IMG/VR virus record: IMGVR_UViG_3300025154_000298
Span: 1-31,835 of that record
Source: a virus
Taxonomy: Duplodnaviria; Caudoviricetes
Direction: 5' to 3' (one strand)
Length of the DNA: 31,835 nt
The position numbers and the translations under genes were made by a program. Numbering within the stretch: the stretch's first letter is position 1; each line of letters starts with the position of its first letter. Positions 16,593 to 24,476 of the stretch are shown piece by piece. Below the pieces are notes generated by a model. It was given only the letters and a program-made list of their open reading frames with translations. It did not search any database and was not told the DNA's origin.

Positions 16593-17972
16593 GTGAGAAC
16601 GAGGCCGAAGATGAATGACGCACGTGAGCAGAACGCGGCCGAATATGCCCGCCGGGAGGCGATCTACGCCACGGCGAAAGCCTCAGAGTGCTCCGTCTGC
16701 CTCCGCCAGATGGGGGTGCGTCTTGAGAACGGGCAGCCGGTCGTCCGGTGCCAAACGGATCCCACGCACGAGGGCTACCGTCGGCTGCGGAGCCTGACGC
16801 AATTGGCCAAGGATGGAATGTATATCCCTTATGTGAGTGAGAGAGTGCAACGAAAGAAGGAGGAGCAATTGGAAGAGCAAATCCAGGATCCCGAAACCAG
16901 GGCCTTGGCAGTTTACGGTGGAGACCGTCAGATGATGACGACAGAGATTGCCCAAAAAATCGTGGCTCATATCTGGCCAGGAGCGCCAGCCGATGCGGTG
17001 GCAAGGGCAGTAATGATCTGTGCGCAAAACAACCTCAACCCATTGATGAAGCATCTATACATAATCCACTACCCCAGCAAAAGCGGAGGGCCCGGGCGGG
17101 ATGAGTGCGTCCTGGGGATAGACGGGTACCGCATAATCGCTCGCAGGCGTAGCCCGTTTAGTTATCGGGAAGGGCCACGGGCCATGACTGCGGAAGAGAT
17201 TGAGGCCAGAGGTGAAGATCCAAAACAGATGATAGGGTCTGTCGTCGTGCTGGAAACTCCGGGGGGTGGCCGATTCCCTGGCTATGGTTTTTGGAGGCGC
17301 GATCAAGAACCCCTCGGAATTGATAAGGGCAATACGAAGGGTAATATGGCCGATAAGCGGGCAGAAGCGGCGGCCTTCAGGCGTATTATGCCCGACAACG
17401 AACTGCCGGTACCGGTTGCGCTTGACGTGGCGTTTTCCGACATCTCTGACTACGTAGCCATCGCTGCTCCCAGCACTGTGAACACCGAAACCGGCGAGAT
17501 AAGTGAGGACCTGGGGCGGTGTCCTGTGCACAACAAGGCCTTCAAGCAGGGGCAGTACGGCCCCTACTGTGGCAAGAAGCTGGCAGACGGGACCTGGTGC
17601 AAGGAAAAGCCAATGGCCCAAGCTAAGGCTCCTGCCCGCCCCGTGCCGACCGAGGTTGTGACCCCGCCGGCCACCAGGCCAACCGTCACCCCGACCGCAC
17701 AACCCGTCCAGGCTTCACCAGAAGGGCAAGGCGTGCCCGCAAGCCCCGCGGACGCCCTGGGGGAAGCCTTTGGCCCGCAGGCTGAGGCTGAGACAGCACC
17801 GCCAAGTAGACCGGCAGTAGAGATGACGCCAACGGAGTTCTGGCGGGCAGCCAAACAGCTTGGGTTCGCCAACGCGAAGGCGGTATGCGACGCTCTCCAG
17901 GTGGCCGATGCCGGGGTTATCCTGCCGGAGATTGGCTATCGGGAAGCCCTCAAGAAGTTGCAGCAAAACTAG
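16593..17972 (+). CDS. bet: Bet/RecT family single-strand annealing protein with Zn motifs (start may be 16611)
   Basis: LNPLMKHLYII, LGIDGYRIIARR, MADKRAEAAAFRR, and the VNTETGEI tail motif. Confidence 0.8.
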   Translation: MRTRPKMNDAREQNAAEYARREAIYATAKASECSVCLRQMGVRLENGQPVVRCQTDPTHEGYRRLRSLTQLAKDGMYIPYVSERVQRKKEEQLEEQIQDPETRALAVYGGDRQMMTTEIAQKIVAHIWPGAPADAVARAVMICAQNNLNPLMKHLYIIHYPSKSGGPGRDECVLGIDGYRIIARRRSPFSYREGPRAMTAEEIEARGEDPKQMIGSVVVLETPGGGRFPGYGFWRRDQEPLGIDKGNTKGNMADKRAEAAAFRRIMPDNELPVPVALDVAFSDISDYVAIAAPSTVNTETGEISEDLGRCPVHNKAFKQGQYGPYCGKKLADGTWCKEKPMAQAKAPARPVPTEVVTPPATRPTVTPTAQPVQASPEGQGVPASPADALGEAFGPQAEAETAPPSRPAVEMTPTEFWRAAKQLGFANAKAVCDALQVADAGVILPEIGYREALKKLQQN

Positions 17973-17982
17973 ATGCCAACTA

Positions 17983-18251
17983 GGGCTTGGGGGCTATTTA
18001 TCGTTTTGGCAATGCCGGTGAAGGGCAGAATTCATCCCGGCCCGGTTGCCAGCAAACCGCAAGCTGGTGAGAGATGGATGCCGTTAACCCAAGCCCGAAT
18101 AAACGATAGGTTCAAGTTCAAGGCGGGGGGTACTCTGCCTAGCCCCCCCCATCTAGCCTAGGGCAGTCGCGCTTCCCGGTGAGCGCCCTGACTAATAGAT
18201 CGTAGTGTGCCAGTGATGTGGCGGGGGTTCGGGCCGAGGACGGGCCCCTGC
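17983..18251 (+). ncRNA. candidate structured non-coding RNA, family unknown
   Basis: Multiple long-range complementarities in a ~290-nt intergenic gap (see findings). Confidence 0.4.
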
Positions 18252-18266
18252 AAAAGGAGAGGAGAA

Positions 18267-18647
18267 ATGCTGGACCACCCACCGCCATTCCCATCCGAGG
18301 CGGACAAATCGCTGTGGTTTCCCAATCCGGAGTTGATCGGGGAGCTAATCAGTAAGGATGGATATCTTGGTTACTGGAAGCATCTAAAGTTCATCGTGTC
18401 CATCTCCGTCGAAGAGGACGGCAGATGGTGGCTGCACGCCAGCGTTAGTCGGACCGACATGAAGCTCCCAACATACGCTGACCTGAAGCACTTGAAGCAC
18501 TTTACCATCGGGGATGATCGGACCGCTTATCAGGTATTTCCCCCTGCGGACCATCATATCAACCTGGCCGAGGTGCTTCACCTGTGGCACTGCTTGGAAG
18601 GCCCGCTACCGTTGCCCGACTTCACGCGAGGAGGGAAGACGATATAA
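18267..18647 (+). CDS. conserved phage hypothetical protein
   Basis: AGGAG SD; WLHASVS...PTY.DL..LK..G...A.Q.FP..HIN..VLHLW pattern common in phage proteins. Confidence 0.75.
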   Translation: MLDHPPPFPSEADKSLWFPNPELIGELISKDGYLGYWKHLKFIVSISVEEDGRWWLHASVSRTDMKLPTYADLKHLKHFTIGDDRTAYQVFPPADHHINLAEVLHLWHCLEGPLPLPDFTRGGKTI

Positions 18648-18714
18648 ATTGGGTATGATTGATCTAAAGGTGTACCTGCGTTCCATGAAGATACCCGAAA
18701 AAGGAGGATAGAAA

Positions 18715-19296
18715 ATGGAGACAAAAAACTACGTCGTGGAGCTAACGCTGCTAGAGCCATTGCTCGGGACGGTTCCCAAGGACAAGGACATCTACGCCAC
18801 CTACATCGCGACCAAAAAGGAGAGCGCGAGTATTGGTGAGGTGGACACAGTGCCGGAGAACGACCTGGAAGAGAAGGGATGGACCGGCTTTCACACGGAT
18901 GATACAGGAATTTTCCTGTATGACTACCAGATCAAAGGCTTCCTGAAAGAAGCCGGCAACGTGCTCAAGGCCGAGCTCAAGGTCAAAAACCTCCGGTCGA
19001 AGCTGGACGACTACGTGTTTGTCTTCCCGCGCCGTATCCAGCTGGCGGAGAAGCCGGACGGGGTAATAGAGCGCCCGTTGAGAGCGATGACGGCGCAGGG
19101 GCCTCGTGTCACCCTGGCCCGCTCGGACACGGTGAATGCTGGGCGGGTGATCCGGTTCGAGGTCAGGACACTGGCTCATTCAGAGATCACCGAGGCACTC
19201 CTGGTGGCGCTCTTGGACTATGGGGCGCTCAAGGGGTTGGGCCAATTTCGGAACGGCAGCTACGGACGCGTCTCCTACACACTATCGCGTATGTAG
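18715..19296 (+). CDS. stand-alone Cas7/RAMP-like protein
   Basis: N-terminal beta strand VELTLLEPLLG, YQIKGFLKEA helix (RAMP sslKGxlR-like), and C-terminal G-rich loop GLGQFRNGSYGRV; AAGGAGG SD. Confidence 0.7.
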   Translation: METKNYVVELTLLEPLLGTVPKDKDIYATYIATKKESASIGEVDTVPENDLEEKGWTGFHTDDTGIFLYDYQIKGFLKEAGNVLKAELKVKNLRSKLDDYVFVFPRRIQLAEKPDGVIERPLRAMTAQGPRVTLARSDTVNAGRVIRFEVRTLAHSEITEALLVALLDYGALKGLGQFRNGSYGRVSYTLSRM

Positions 19297-19298
19297 AC

Positions 19299-19717
19299 GC
19301 AGCGCGAGGGCCTGGCTTTGGCACAGCAGAGCGTGGCAATGGCAAAGCGCAGCAGAGCTACGGCACTGCATGGCCTCGCGGCGAAGGCACCGCCCGGCGA
19401 AGCGCAGCTACGGCACGGCGATGCACCGCCCGGCGAAGGCAAAGCCCAGCAAAGCGCCGCGCGGCGCCGGCAAAGCACGGCAAAGCATTGCGGCGACAAC
19501 GGCAACGGCTGTGCCCGGCGAGGCGAAGCGCGGCAACGGCACAGCAGAGCAAGGCAGGGCGCAGCTACGGCTTGGCGCGGCGAGGCACGGCACGGCACAG
19601 GCAATGCGCGGCGTTGGCACAGCAGGGCTAGGCGAAGCGCAGCTACGGCACGGCAATGCAACGGCAGGGCTAGGCAGCGCGTCGCTACGGCACAGGCAAT
19701 GCGCGACGTGGCACGGC
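19299..19717 (+). repeat. non-coding NGC-NN pentamer array (putative guide RNA locus)
   Basis: Roughly 75-80 near-consecutive (G/A/T/C)GC-NN units, mostly GGC/AGC, with a 6-nt unit closing each block; starts 3 nt after the RAMP stop. Confidence 0.85.
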
Positions 19718-19724
19718 TAATGAT

Positions 19725-19765
19725 GTGGGCGGGCCTGGGCCGGTGACAGGCCCCCCGCAAAAAAA
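19725..19765. terminator. GC-rich hairpin closing the array (A7 on + strand = U-tract on - strand)
   Basis: GTGGGcGGGCCTG-loop-CAGGCCCcCCGC followed by AAAAAAA. Confidence 0.5.
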
Positions 19766-19784
19766 GGAAAGGAGGGGTAGCTTA

Positions 19785-20204
19785 ATGCGGTGCCTGACTC
19801 TCACTCAACCCTGGGCGACCCTCGTGGCCCTGGGCGAGAAGAAATACGAGACGCGCAGTTGGGGGACAGCCTACCGGGGGCCGCTGGCGATTCATGCTGC
19901 CAAGAGCTTCCCGAAGTGGGCCAGAGCCCTATGCGACAAAGAGCCGTTCGGATCAATCCTCTGGTCCCAGAACTATCGTTGGCATACCCTGCCGTTGGGC
20001 AAGATACTTGCTACTTGCCGTCTCGTGCGGTGCGTACCGACGGCCAACATGCCATGCACGCTACCTGGGAATGAAGAAGCCTTCGGGGACTTCACCATAG
20101 GGAGGTACGCCTGGGAGCTAACCGAGGTGGTGATGTTGCTGGAGCCCATACCTACAAGGGGGATGCTGGGGTTATGGGAGTGGCCTGGCTCTGCGCCGGG
20201 GTAG
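19785..20204 (+). CDS. ASCH domain protein
   Basis: LTLTQPWATLVALGEKKYETRSW..YRGPLAIHAAK...RGMLGLW; GGAGG SD. Confidence 0.92.
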   Translation: MRCLTLTQPWATLVALGEKKYETRSWGTAYRGPLAIHAAKSFPKWARALCDKEPFGSILWSQNYRWHTLPLGKILATCRLVRCVPTANMPCTLPGNEEAFGDFTIGRYAWELTEVVMLLEPIPTRGMLGLWEWPGSAPG

Positions 20205-20208
20205 GCTA

Positions 20209-20238
20209 TTGACAAATGATTTGCGGGCGTGATATATT
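20209..20238 (+). promoter_or_regulatory. sigma70-type promoter
   Basis: TTGACA-18-TATATT with TG extension; ATG 10 nt after the -10. Confidence 0.6.
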
Positions 20239-20247
20239 GCGAGGGAC

Positions 20248-20418
20248 ATGAAGTATGACTTGGTGCCCAAACGCCTGGCCTACCGCAATGAGGCCATCAG
20301 GCGGATGCGTGAAGAGCATCCCGAACTTGCCTTGCGGGAGATTGCTGAGGCGTTTGGGCTTACCCGGCAGAGAATAGACCAGATTCTCAAAGCGAAGAAC
20401 GGCAAGAAACCAAGCTAG
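20248..20418 (+). CDS. small HTH protein (56 aa, not in ORF track), paralog of 10254..10457
   Basis: MKYDLVPKRLAYRNEAIRRMREEHPELALREIAEAFGLTRQRIDQILK..*. Confidence 0.8.
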   Translation: MKYDLVPKRLAYRNEAIRRMREEHPELALREIAEAFGLTRQRIDQILKAKNGKKPS

Positions 20419-20421
20419 CCA

Positions 20422-20456
20422 GGGGACAAGGGCGCGATCCTTGCCCTTCTTTTTTG
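20422..20456 (+). terminator. intrinsic terminator
   Basis: GGGaCAAGG-loop-CCTTGCCC followed by TTCTTTTTT. Confidence 0.55.
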
Positions 20457-20522
20457 GCCTGGCGCTGTCATGAGTCTGTCAGGGAGTTTGCATTGGGCAT
20501 AATCAGGCACGGCGATAAGCTT

Positions 20523-20744
20523 ATGCTTGATCCCAACTGGAGACCCGAAGGCTATCGTTGTTTACGCTGCGGGCAGTCCGTCTGGACAGGGCAGCCGTTC
20601 GTCTTCTGGGCACTAGATAGTGGTGAGCATATCGTGCTTCACCCCGGGTGTGCGTGCCACTTCGGGGCGAGCCTTATTAAGGATGGAGTCTTGATTGCGC
20701 CCGTCCGATTGGGTAGAATGCAAAAACAGTCAGCGACTTGGTGA
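20523..20744 (+). CDS. small Zn-binding protein
   Basis: CLRC...HPGC. Confidence 0.6.
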   Translation: MLDPNWRPEGYRCLRCGQSVWTGQPFVFWALDSGEHIVLHPGCACHFGASLIKDGVLIAPVRLGRMQKQSATW

Positions 20745-20753
20745 CCTAACCAA

Positions 20754-21548
20754 ATGAGTGATGATCTTTACCTCGCCGCGTTAGAGTATTTTCAGCAGGG
20801 CTACATGACCATCCCCTTGGCACTGGATGGCGCAGGATTTGCCAAGCGGCCTATAACGCCTAATTGGAGCCAGATCCCATATAGCCTGGCCGCCCTAAAA
20901 AAACTCCCCTGGGAGGAAGCGAGGGGCCTTGGCGTACTACTGGGGGCAGCCTCGCGCAACCTCGCCGTGCTAGACTTGGATGATGTTGAACTAGCAGAGA
21001 TTGCGGTCAAGCACACGAATCATACCCGAACGGTCCGGACGGTGCGCGGTCGATGCCACATCTACGTACGGGAGCGCGTGATCTCCAGGCCGACGAAGTT
21101 CACCGCCACATGGCACGGGCGACCAGTAGAGGTCGAACTGAAAACCCAGGGGCAGCAGGTGGCGGCACCTCCGACGCCGGGCTATACCCTATTGAGCGAA
21201 GCGGAGCCGAAAGAAGTAGAGCATATCGGAGTAGCGTGGACGGGGCTTGCCAGAATGCTCGCTATCCAGACAGAGCCGGCCGGCAACGGGCAAAGCTACC
21301 CGAAGCCCTGGCAGGAAAAAGTAGTCGCCGGTGACCGGAACAAATCGGCCTACATCGAGGCCCATTTCCTCCGCGGCGCCGGGATGCCGTTAGGCTTAGC
21401 CTTACGGATCATGCAACTTCGATGGGAATCAGATTATGAGAAGGGAGAAACAGACTGGCAGGAGATATCGCGCACGGTGGAAAGTGCCTATGTCAAAGGC
21501 ATCCATGTTCCTATCAGTGATGTTTACACGGACATTGAGTGGACCTGA
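20754..21548 (+). CDS. bifunctional primase/polymerase (Prim-Pol) with PriCT-like C-terminus
   Basis: LAVLDLD, TVRGRCHIY, QQVAAPP and GDRN motifs. Confidence 0.85.
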   Translation: MSDDLYLAALEYFQQGYMTIPLALDGAGFAKRPITPNWSQIPYSLAALKKLPWEEARGLGVLLGAASRNLAVLDLDDVELAEIAVKHTNHTRTVRTVRGRCHIYVRERVISRPTKFTATWHGRPVEVELKTQGQQVAAPPTPGYTLLSEAEPKEVEHIGVAWTGLARMLAIQTEPAGNGQSYPKPWQEKVVAGDRNKSAYIEAHFLRGAGMPLGLALRIMQLRWESDYEKGETDWQEISRTVESAYVKGIHVPISDVYTDIEWT

Positions 21549-22828
21549 GCTTTCGCCCAGACCACTCGGTCTACTGGCAGAACCAACTGGAATCTGGCAG
21601 CACGATATATATTCATGCCCGCGATATCCGACGAGAGCGGGGGTATCTCTATGCTGAAGTTGCTATCTATGATCGGAAGACCCGCCTGGCAGCCGACGAT
21701 TTCGCAGTCAAGCGGAATGAGGATCGCCGGCGGCTCTGCAAGGAGGCTCATGGGGCTCTTAGCGATGCTAGTAAAGCAGCCTATCCCTTGGACTATCTCA
21801 AGCACGATGTTGATATGTTCCTTGAGGAGCTACCCCGGTTTTGGGAAGAGGACCAATTTGCCCTGGACACCTATGCACCAGGAGAGGAAATACCGGCCAT
21901 GTCCTTCGTGATTGTGCCCTATCTGATAGAGGATGCTATCACCATCGTGTACGGCCCCCAGGGAACAGGCAAAAGCTACTTGGCCAAGCTTATGGGGTTG
22001 AACATGTGTGGCGCTACTAATGGTTTCTGGCCAATACCCCAACCGCGGCCTGTGCTCTACGTCAACCTGGAAAGGCCCAAGCGGAGCATGGAGAGACGGG
22101 CGCGGATGCTGATGGCGGTGCTCGCCATTACGACACTCCCCTGCATGGACTATCTCCATGCGCCGGGGGCGCACCTGCCGACTATCGCCCCACGGTTGCG
22201 GGCCTGGCTGCAAGCGCACGCTGGTGGCGTGTTCATCCTGGACTCGCTCTCATTCACCCAGGTCGGTGCCCTGAATGATGATACCACCGCGGCAAAGGCT
22301 ATCGGACTACTCCGCACGGTAGGGGGGACCTGGTTGGTTCTAGGCCATACCCCTCGGGCCGACACGGGGCACTTAATCGGGTCAACTCTTCAGGATGCCG
22401 GCGCGGACGTGATGATCAGGCTTGCCTCGGAGCGGAAGGGAAACACTAACGGCCTGATGATGGAAGTCACCAAGGCTAACGACATCGGTTTTCCAGAGAG
22501 ATACTTCCTGGCCTTCGAGTTTAGCCAAGGAGATGCAGAAGGGCGGAGCGACCTGGTTAAGGTGCGAAAGGCCAGTGGTCGGGAATTTCCCGAACTAGTA
22601 GCTGGCGGCAAGGTTACGAACCACGATAAGCTCCGGGCATATCTGCAAGAGGTTAGCGAGGCTACGCCGTCAGAGGCCTCCGCTGCCACGGGGGTTCCCT
22701 ATACGACCGTTTCCACTATGCTGAATTCCTCCGAAAGTTTTGTCTTTTTGCGCAAGCGGGGTAAATTTAAGCTCTATGGAGTCCGAGCAGCACCCCAAGA
22801 AGAGGACGATGGCGACCTTCCTCCTTAA
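21539..22828 (+). CDS. AAA/RecA-type replicative helicase (RepA/AAA_25-like) with C-terminal winged HTH
   Basis: Walker A GPQGTGKS, VLYVNLE, Walker B FILDS, LGH; follows the primase. Confidence 0.85.
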   Translation: MDLSFRPDHSVYWQNQLESGSTIYIHARDIRRERGYLYAEVAIYDRKTRLAADDFAVKRNEDRRRLCKEAHGALSDASKAAYPLDYLKHDVDMFLEELPRFWEEDQFALDTYAPGEEIPAMSFVIVPYLIEDAITIVYGPQGTGKSYLAKLMGLNMCGATNGFWPIPQPRPVLYVNLERPKRSMERRARMLMAVLAITTLPCMDYLHAPGAHLPTIAPRLRAWLQAHAGGVFILDSLSFTQVGALNDDTTAAKAIGLLRTVGGTWLVLGHTPRADTGHLIGSTLQDAGADVMIRLASERKGNTNGLMMEVTKANDIGFPERYFLAFEFSQGDAEGRSDLVKVRKASGREFPELVAGGKVTNHDKLRAYLQEVSEATPSEASAATGVPYTTVSTMLNSSESFVFLRKRGKFKLYGVRAAPQEEDDGDLPP

Positions 22829-22916
22829 CACTTTATCCCTAAATTATGGGATAAAGTGTTCTAGAAGATTCACTTCATATTTATGTGAATCTAGGGTAAA
22901 GTGAAGTGTGAAGTGT
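22827..22916. other. candidate replication origin (AT-rich palindromes + AAGTG repeats)
   Basis: 13-bp perfect inverted repeat, 8-bp inverted repeat and repeated AAGTG directly after the helicase. Confidence 0.55.
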
Positions 22917-22941
22917 TATTATGTCAAGTAGCCAAAGCTAA

Positions 22942-23154
22942 ATGATTTCGCTTACTGATCTGGCTCTTTTGGAAAGCCGGCTTTCCAGAAATTGGGATAT
23001 GCTGCTAAAGATGGAAACTGAACACGATACAGGAGCAAAATACCAGCGATGGCAGGCCCAATGGGAAGGGCTATTAGCTGACTACGAGATTGGGTTAGCT
23101 TTTTATGGCCTGACGTGTGCACCGGGCGGCGAGTGGGACAAGAAGGAGTTTTAG
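22942..23154 (+). CDS. hypothetical protein
   Basis: 70 aa ORF in operon orientation. Confidence 0.6.
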   Translation: MISLTDLALLESRLSRNWDMLLKMETEHDTGAKYQRWQAQWEGLLADYEIGLAFYGLTCAPGGEWDKKEF

Positions 23155-23158
23155 CCGG

Positions 23159-23320
23159 ATGAAAAAGGTTGCCACGAAGGAGATCGACGGCACGCTCTAC
23201 CCGGTGGAGTGGGCCGTTGACCAGTGCCCCTACGGGCAGTCGGGTCAGGGGTGTGACCTGGGGGGGACATGCTTGCTGCGGAACGGTGCCCTGGTGATCG
23301 AGAAGAGGGTGGTCGGGTGA
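23159..23320 (+). CDS. small Cys-containing protein
   Basis: AAGGAG SD; MKKVATKEIDG..CPYG..C..C. Confidence 0.6.
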   Translation: MKKVATKEIDGTLYPVEWAVDQCPYGQSGQGCDLGGTCLLRNGALVIEKRVVG

Positions 23321-23505
23321 CCGGCACGGGTACCAACAGCAGCCCCGGCGGGTGGACATGCTCGCATTCCAGCATCGTGGTCGGGGGGTACCAAAAGGTG
23401 TACTGGTACCCGCAGGCAACGAGCGGTCTTGGCAGTAGCCGAACGGTGGATGTCGTGGTCTATCGGTGCCAACGCTGCGGGCTGGAATACGAGAGGGATG
23501 TTTGA
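23317..23505 (+). CDS. small zinc-ribbon protein
   Basis: GTGA overlap; CSH...CQRCG. Confidence 0.6.
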   Translation: MTGTGTNSSPGGWTCSHSSIVVGGYQKVYWYPQATSGLGSSRTVDVVVYRCQRCGLEYERDV

Positions 23506-23514
23506 GAAAGGAGC

Positions 23515-23715
23515 ATGATGACTGGAAACGAGCTACGGGAGCAGGTTTGCGGGGTATTGTTCGATGCCCTGCCGGAACTCAAGCAGGCTGTCAGGGCTTA
23601 CCTGAGCCAATCGCAGGTTCAGGAGAAAGATTTCAAGATCGCTACGGGCATCTGGCGAGCATTAAGCTCTATCGGGGATGCCGCGGAGAAACTCAGTCAG
23701 TCCGAGATGGAATGA
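23515..23715 (+). CDS. hypothetical protein
   Basis: AAGGAG SD. Confidence 0.65.
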   Translation: MMTGNELREQVCGVLFDALPELKQAVRAYLSQSQVQEKDFKIATGIWRALSSIGDAAEKLSQSEME

Positions 23716-23924
23716 TGGCGAAACGCATTGTGAGGTTAGTGACGTCTTGTCGGAAGTGTCCGAATTCGCAGCACTCGTTTGGTGTCAGGGGAACCAGTGG
23801 TCCGGAATCGGGAGATCATTGGTATTGTCAGCATCCCTCGGTGGCGAATCGGGTGATCGGTAGGTGGGTCGGTGTTGGTGATCCTATTCCGGGGTGGTGC
23901 CCGCTGGAGGATGAGCCGGCATGA
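23712..23924 (+). CDS. small Cys-rich protein
   Basis: ATGA overlap; CRKCP...C...IPGWCPL. Confidence 0.7.
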   Translation: MMAKRIVRLVTSCRKCPNSQHSFGVRGTSGPESGDHWYCQHPSVANRVIGRWVGVGDPIPGWCPLEDEPA

Positions 23925-24220
23925 GGATACTGCACCTCTACGGACAGGGAGCGTGGCACGATGATGTATGGATTGTGGGGGATCACGAGGCACTGGTAGA
24001 GTTGATGGCAACGATTCAGCGAGCGAGGAACATGGGGGAGGGCGTCTGCGAGGCATCGGTGAACGATGGAGAGGGCTTTCGTGTCCATGTCGTCGAGTGC
24101 CTGCCGGCCGTGATCCCGGAATTGTGCTTGCCGTATTTCGATCCGATGGCTACGGAGCGGGAGGACGACCACCGGACGCACAAATGGCCGTGGGAGTTGC
24201 TGGGGGTGAAGCATGAGTAA
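23921..24220 (+). CDS. hypothetical protein
   Basis: ATGA overlap; GGAGG SD. Confidence 0.7.
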   Translation: MRILHLYGQGAWHDDVWIVGDHEALVELMATIQRARNMGEGVCEASVNDGEGFRVHVVECLPAVIPELCLPYFDPMATEREDDHRTHKWPWELLGVKHE

Positions 24221-24434
24221 GCCCCCTGACTGGTGGCCGCTGAATCCATTTCACAAGAGCTATTGGGTTCAGGGGGAGTTGTTTTACACAGGGCAGGATA
24301 GCTATGCTGCCTGGCAGGAAGGCGCCTACGCCATGAAGCTGGCGATAATCGAGCGGGTGGAAACGATATTGTCCGATGCGGATGTTATTTGCCTCCCGGG
24401 TTGGGGAAAGTTCAAGGAGGAACTTGGGCTATGA
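24213..24434 (+). CDS. hypothetical protein
   Basis: Overlap-coupled; PDWWPLNPF..AAWQEG. Confidence 0.65.
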   Translation: MSKPPDWWPLNPFHKSYWVQGELFYTGQDSYAAWQEGAYAMKLAIIERVETILSDADVICLPGWGKFKEELGL

Positions 24435-24476
24435 CTGTCCCGTGCGCTGAGTGAACTGCCCGCGGTCTACCGGGCG

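Noticed and set aside
18078-18116. Twister ribozyme resemblance (GCCG..CCCAAGCCCG.ATAAA)
   Set aside because: The loop length is off, no UAA cleavage-site/P1 arrangement could be built, and the segment pairs better with 17983-17991.
17989-18150. tmRNA or tRNA-like gene (GGGGGCTA start, GGTTCAAG)
   Set aside because: No T arm adjoining an acceptor 3' end, no tag ORF, and too short.
19299-19717. Canonical CRISPR array next to the Cas7-like gene
   Set aside because: No 23-47 nt identical repeats with unique spacers; no cas1/2/5/6 in the window.
19220-19760. Five overlapping ORFs on both strands across the pentamer array
   Set aside because: Stop-free frames are a by-product of the GC-rich NGC-NN pattern. 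The 5-nt period is not codon-compatible, there is no SD, and the translations are low-complexity.
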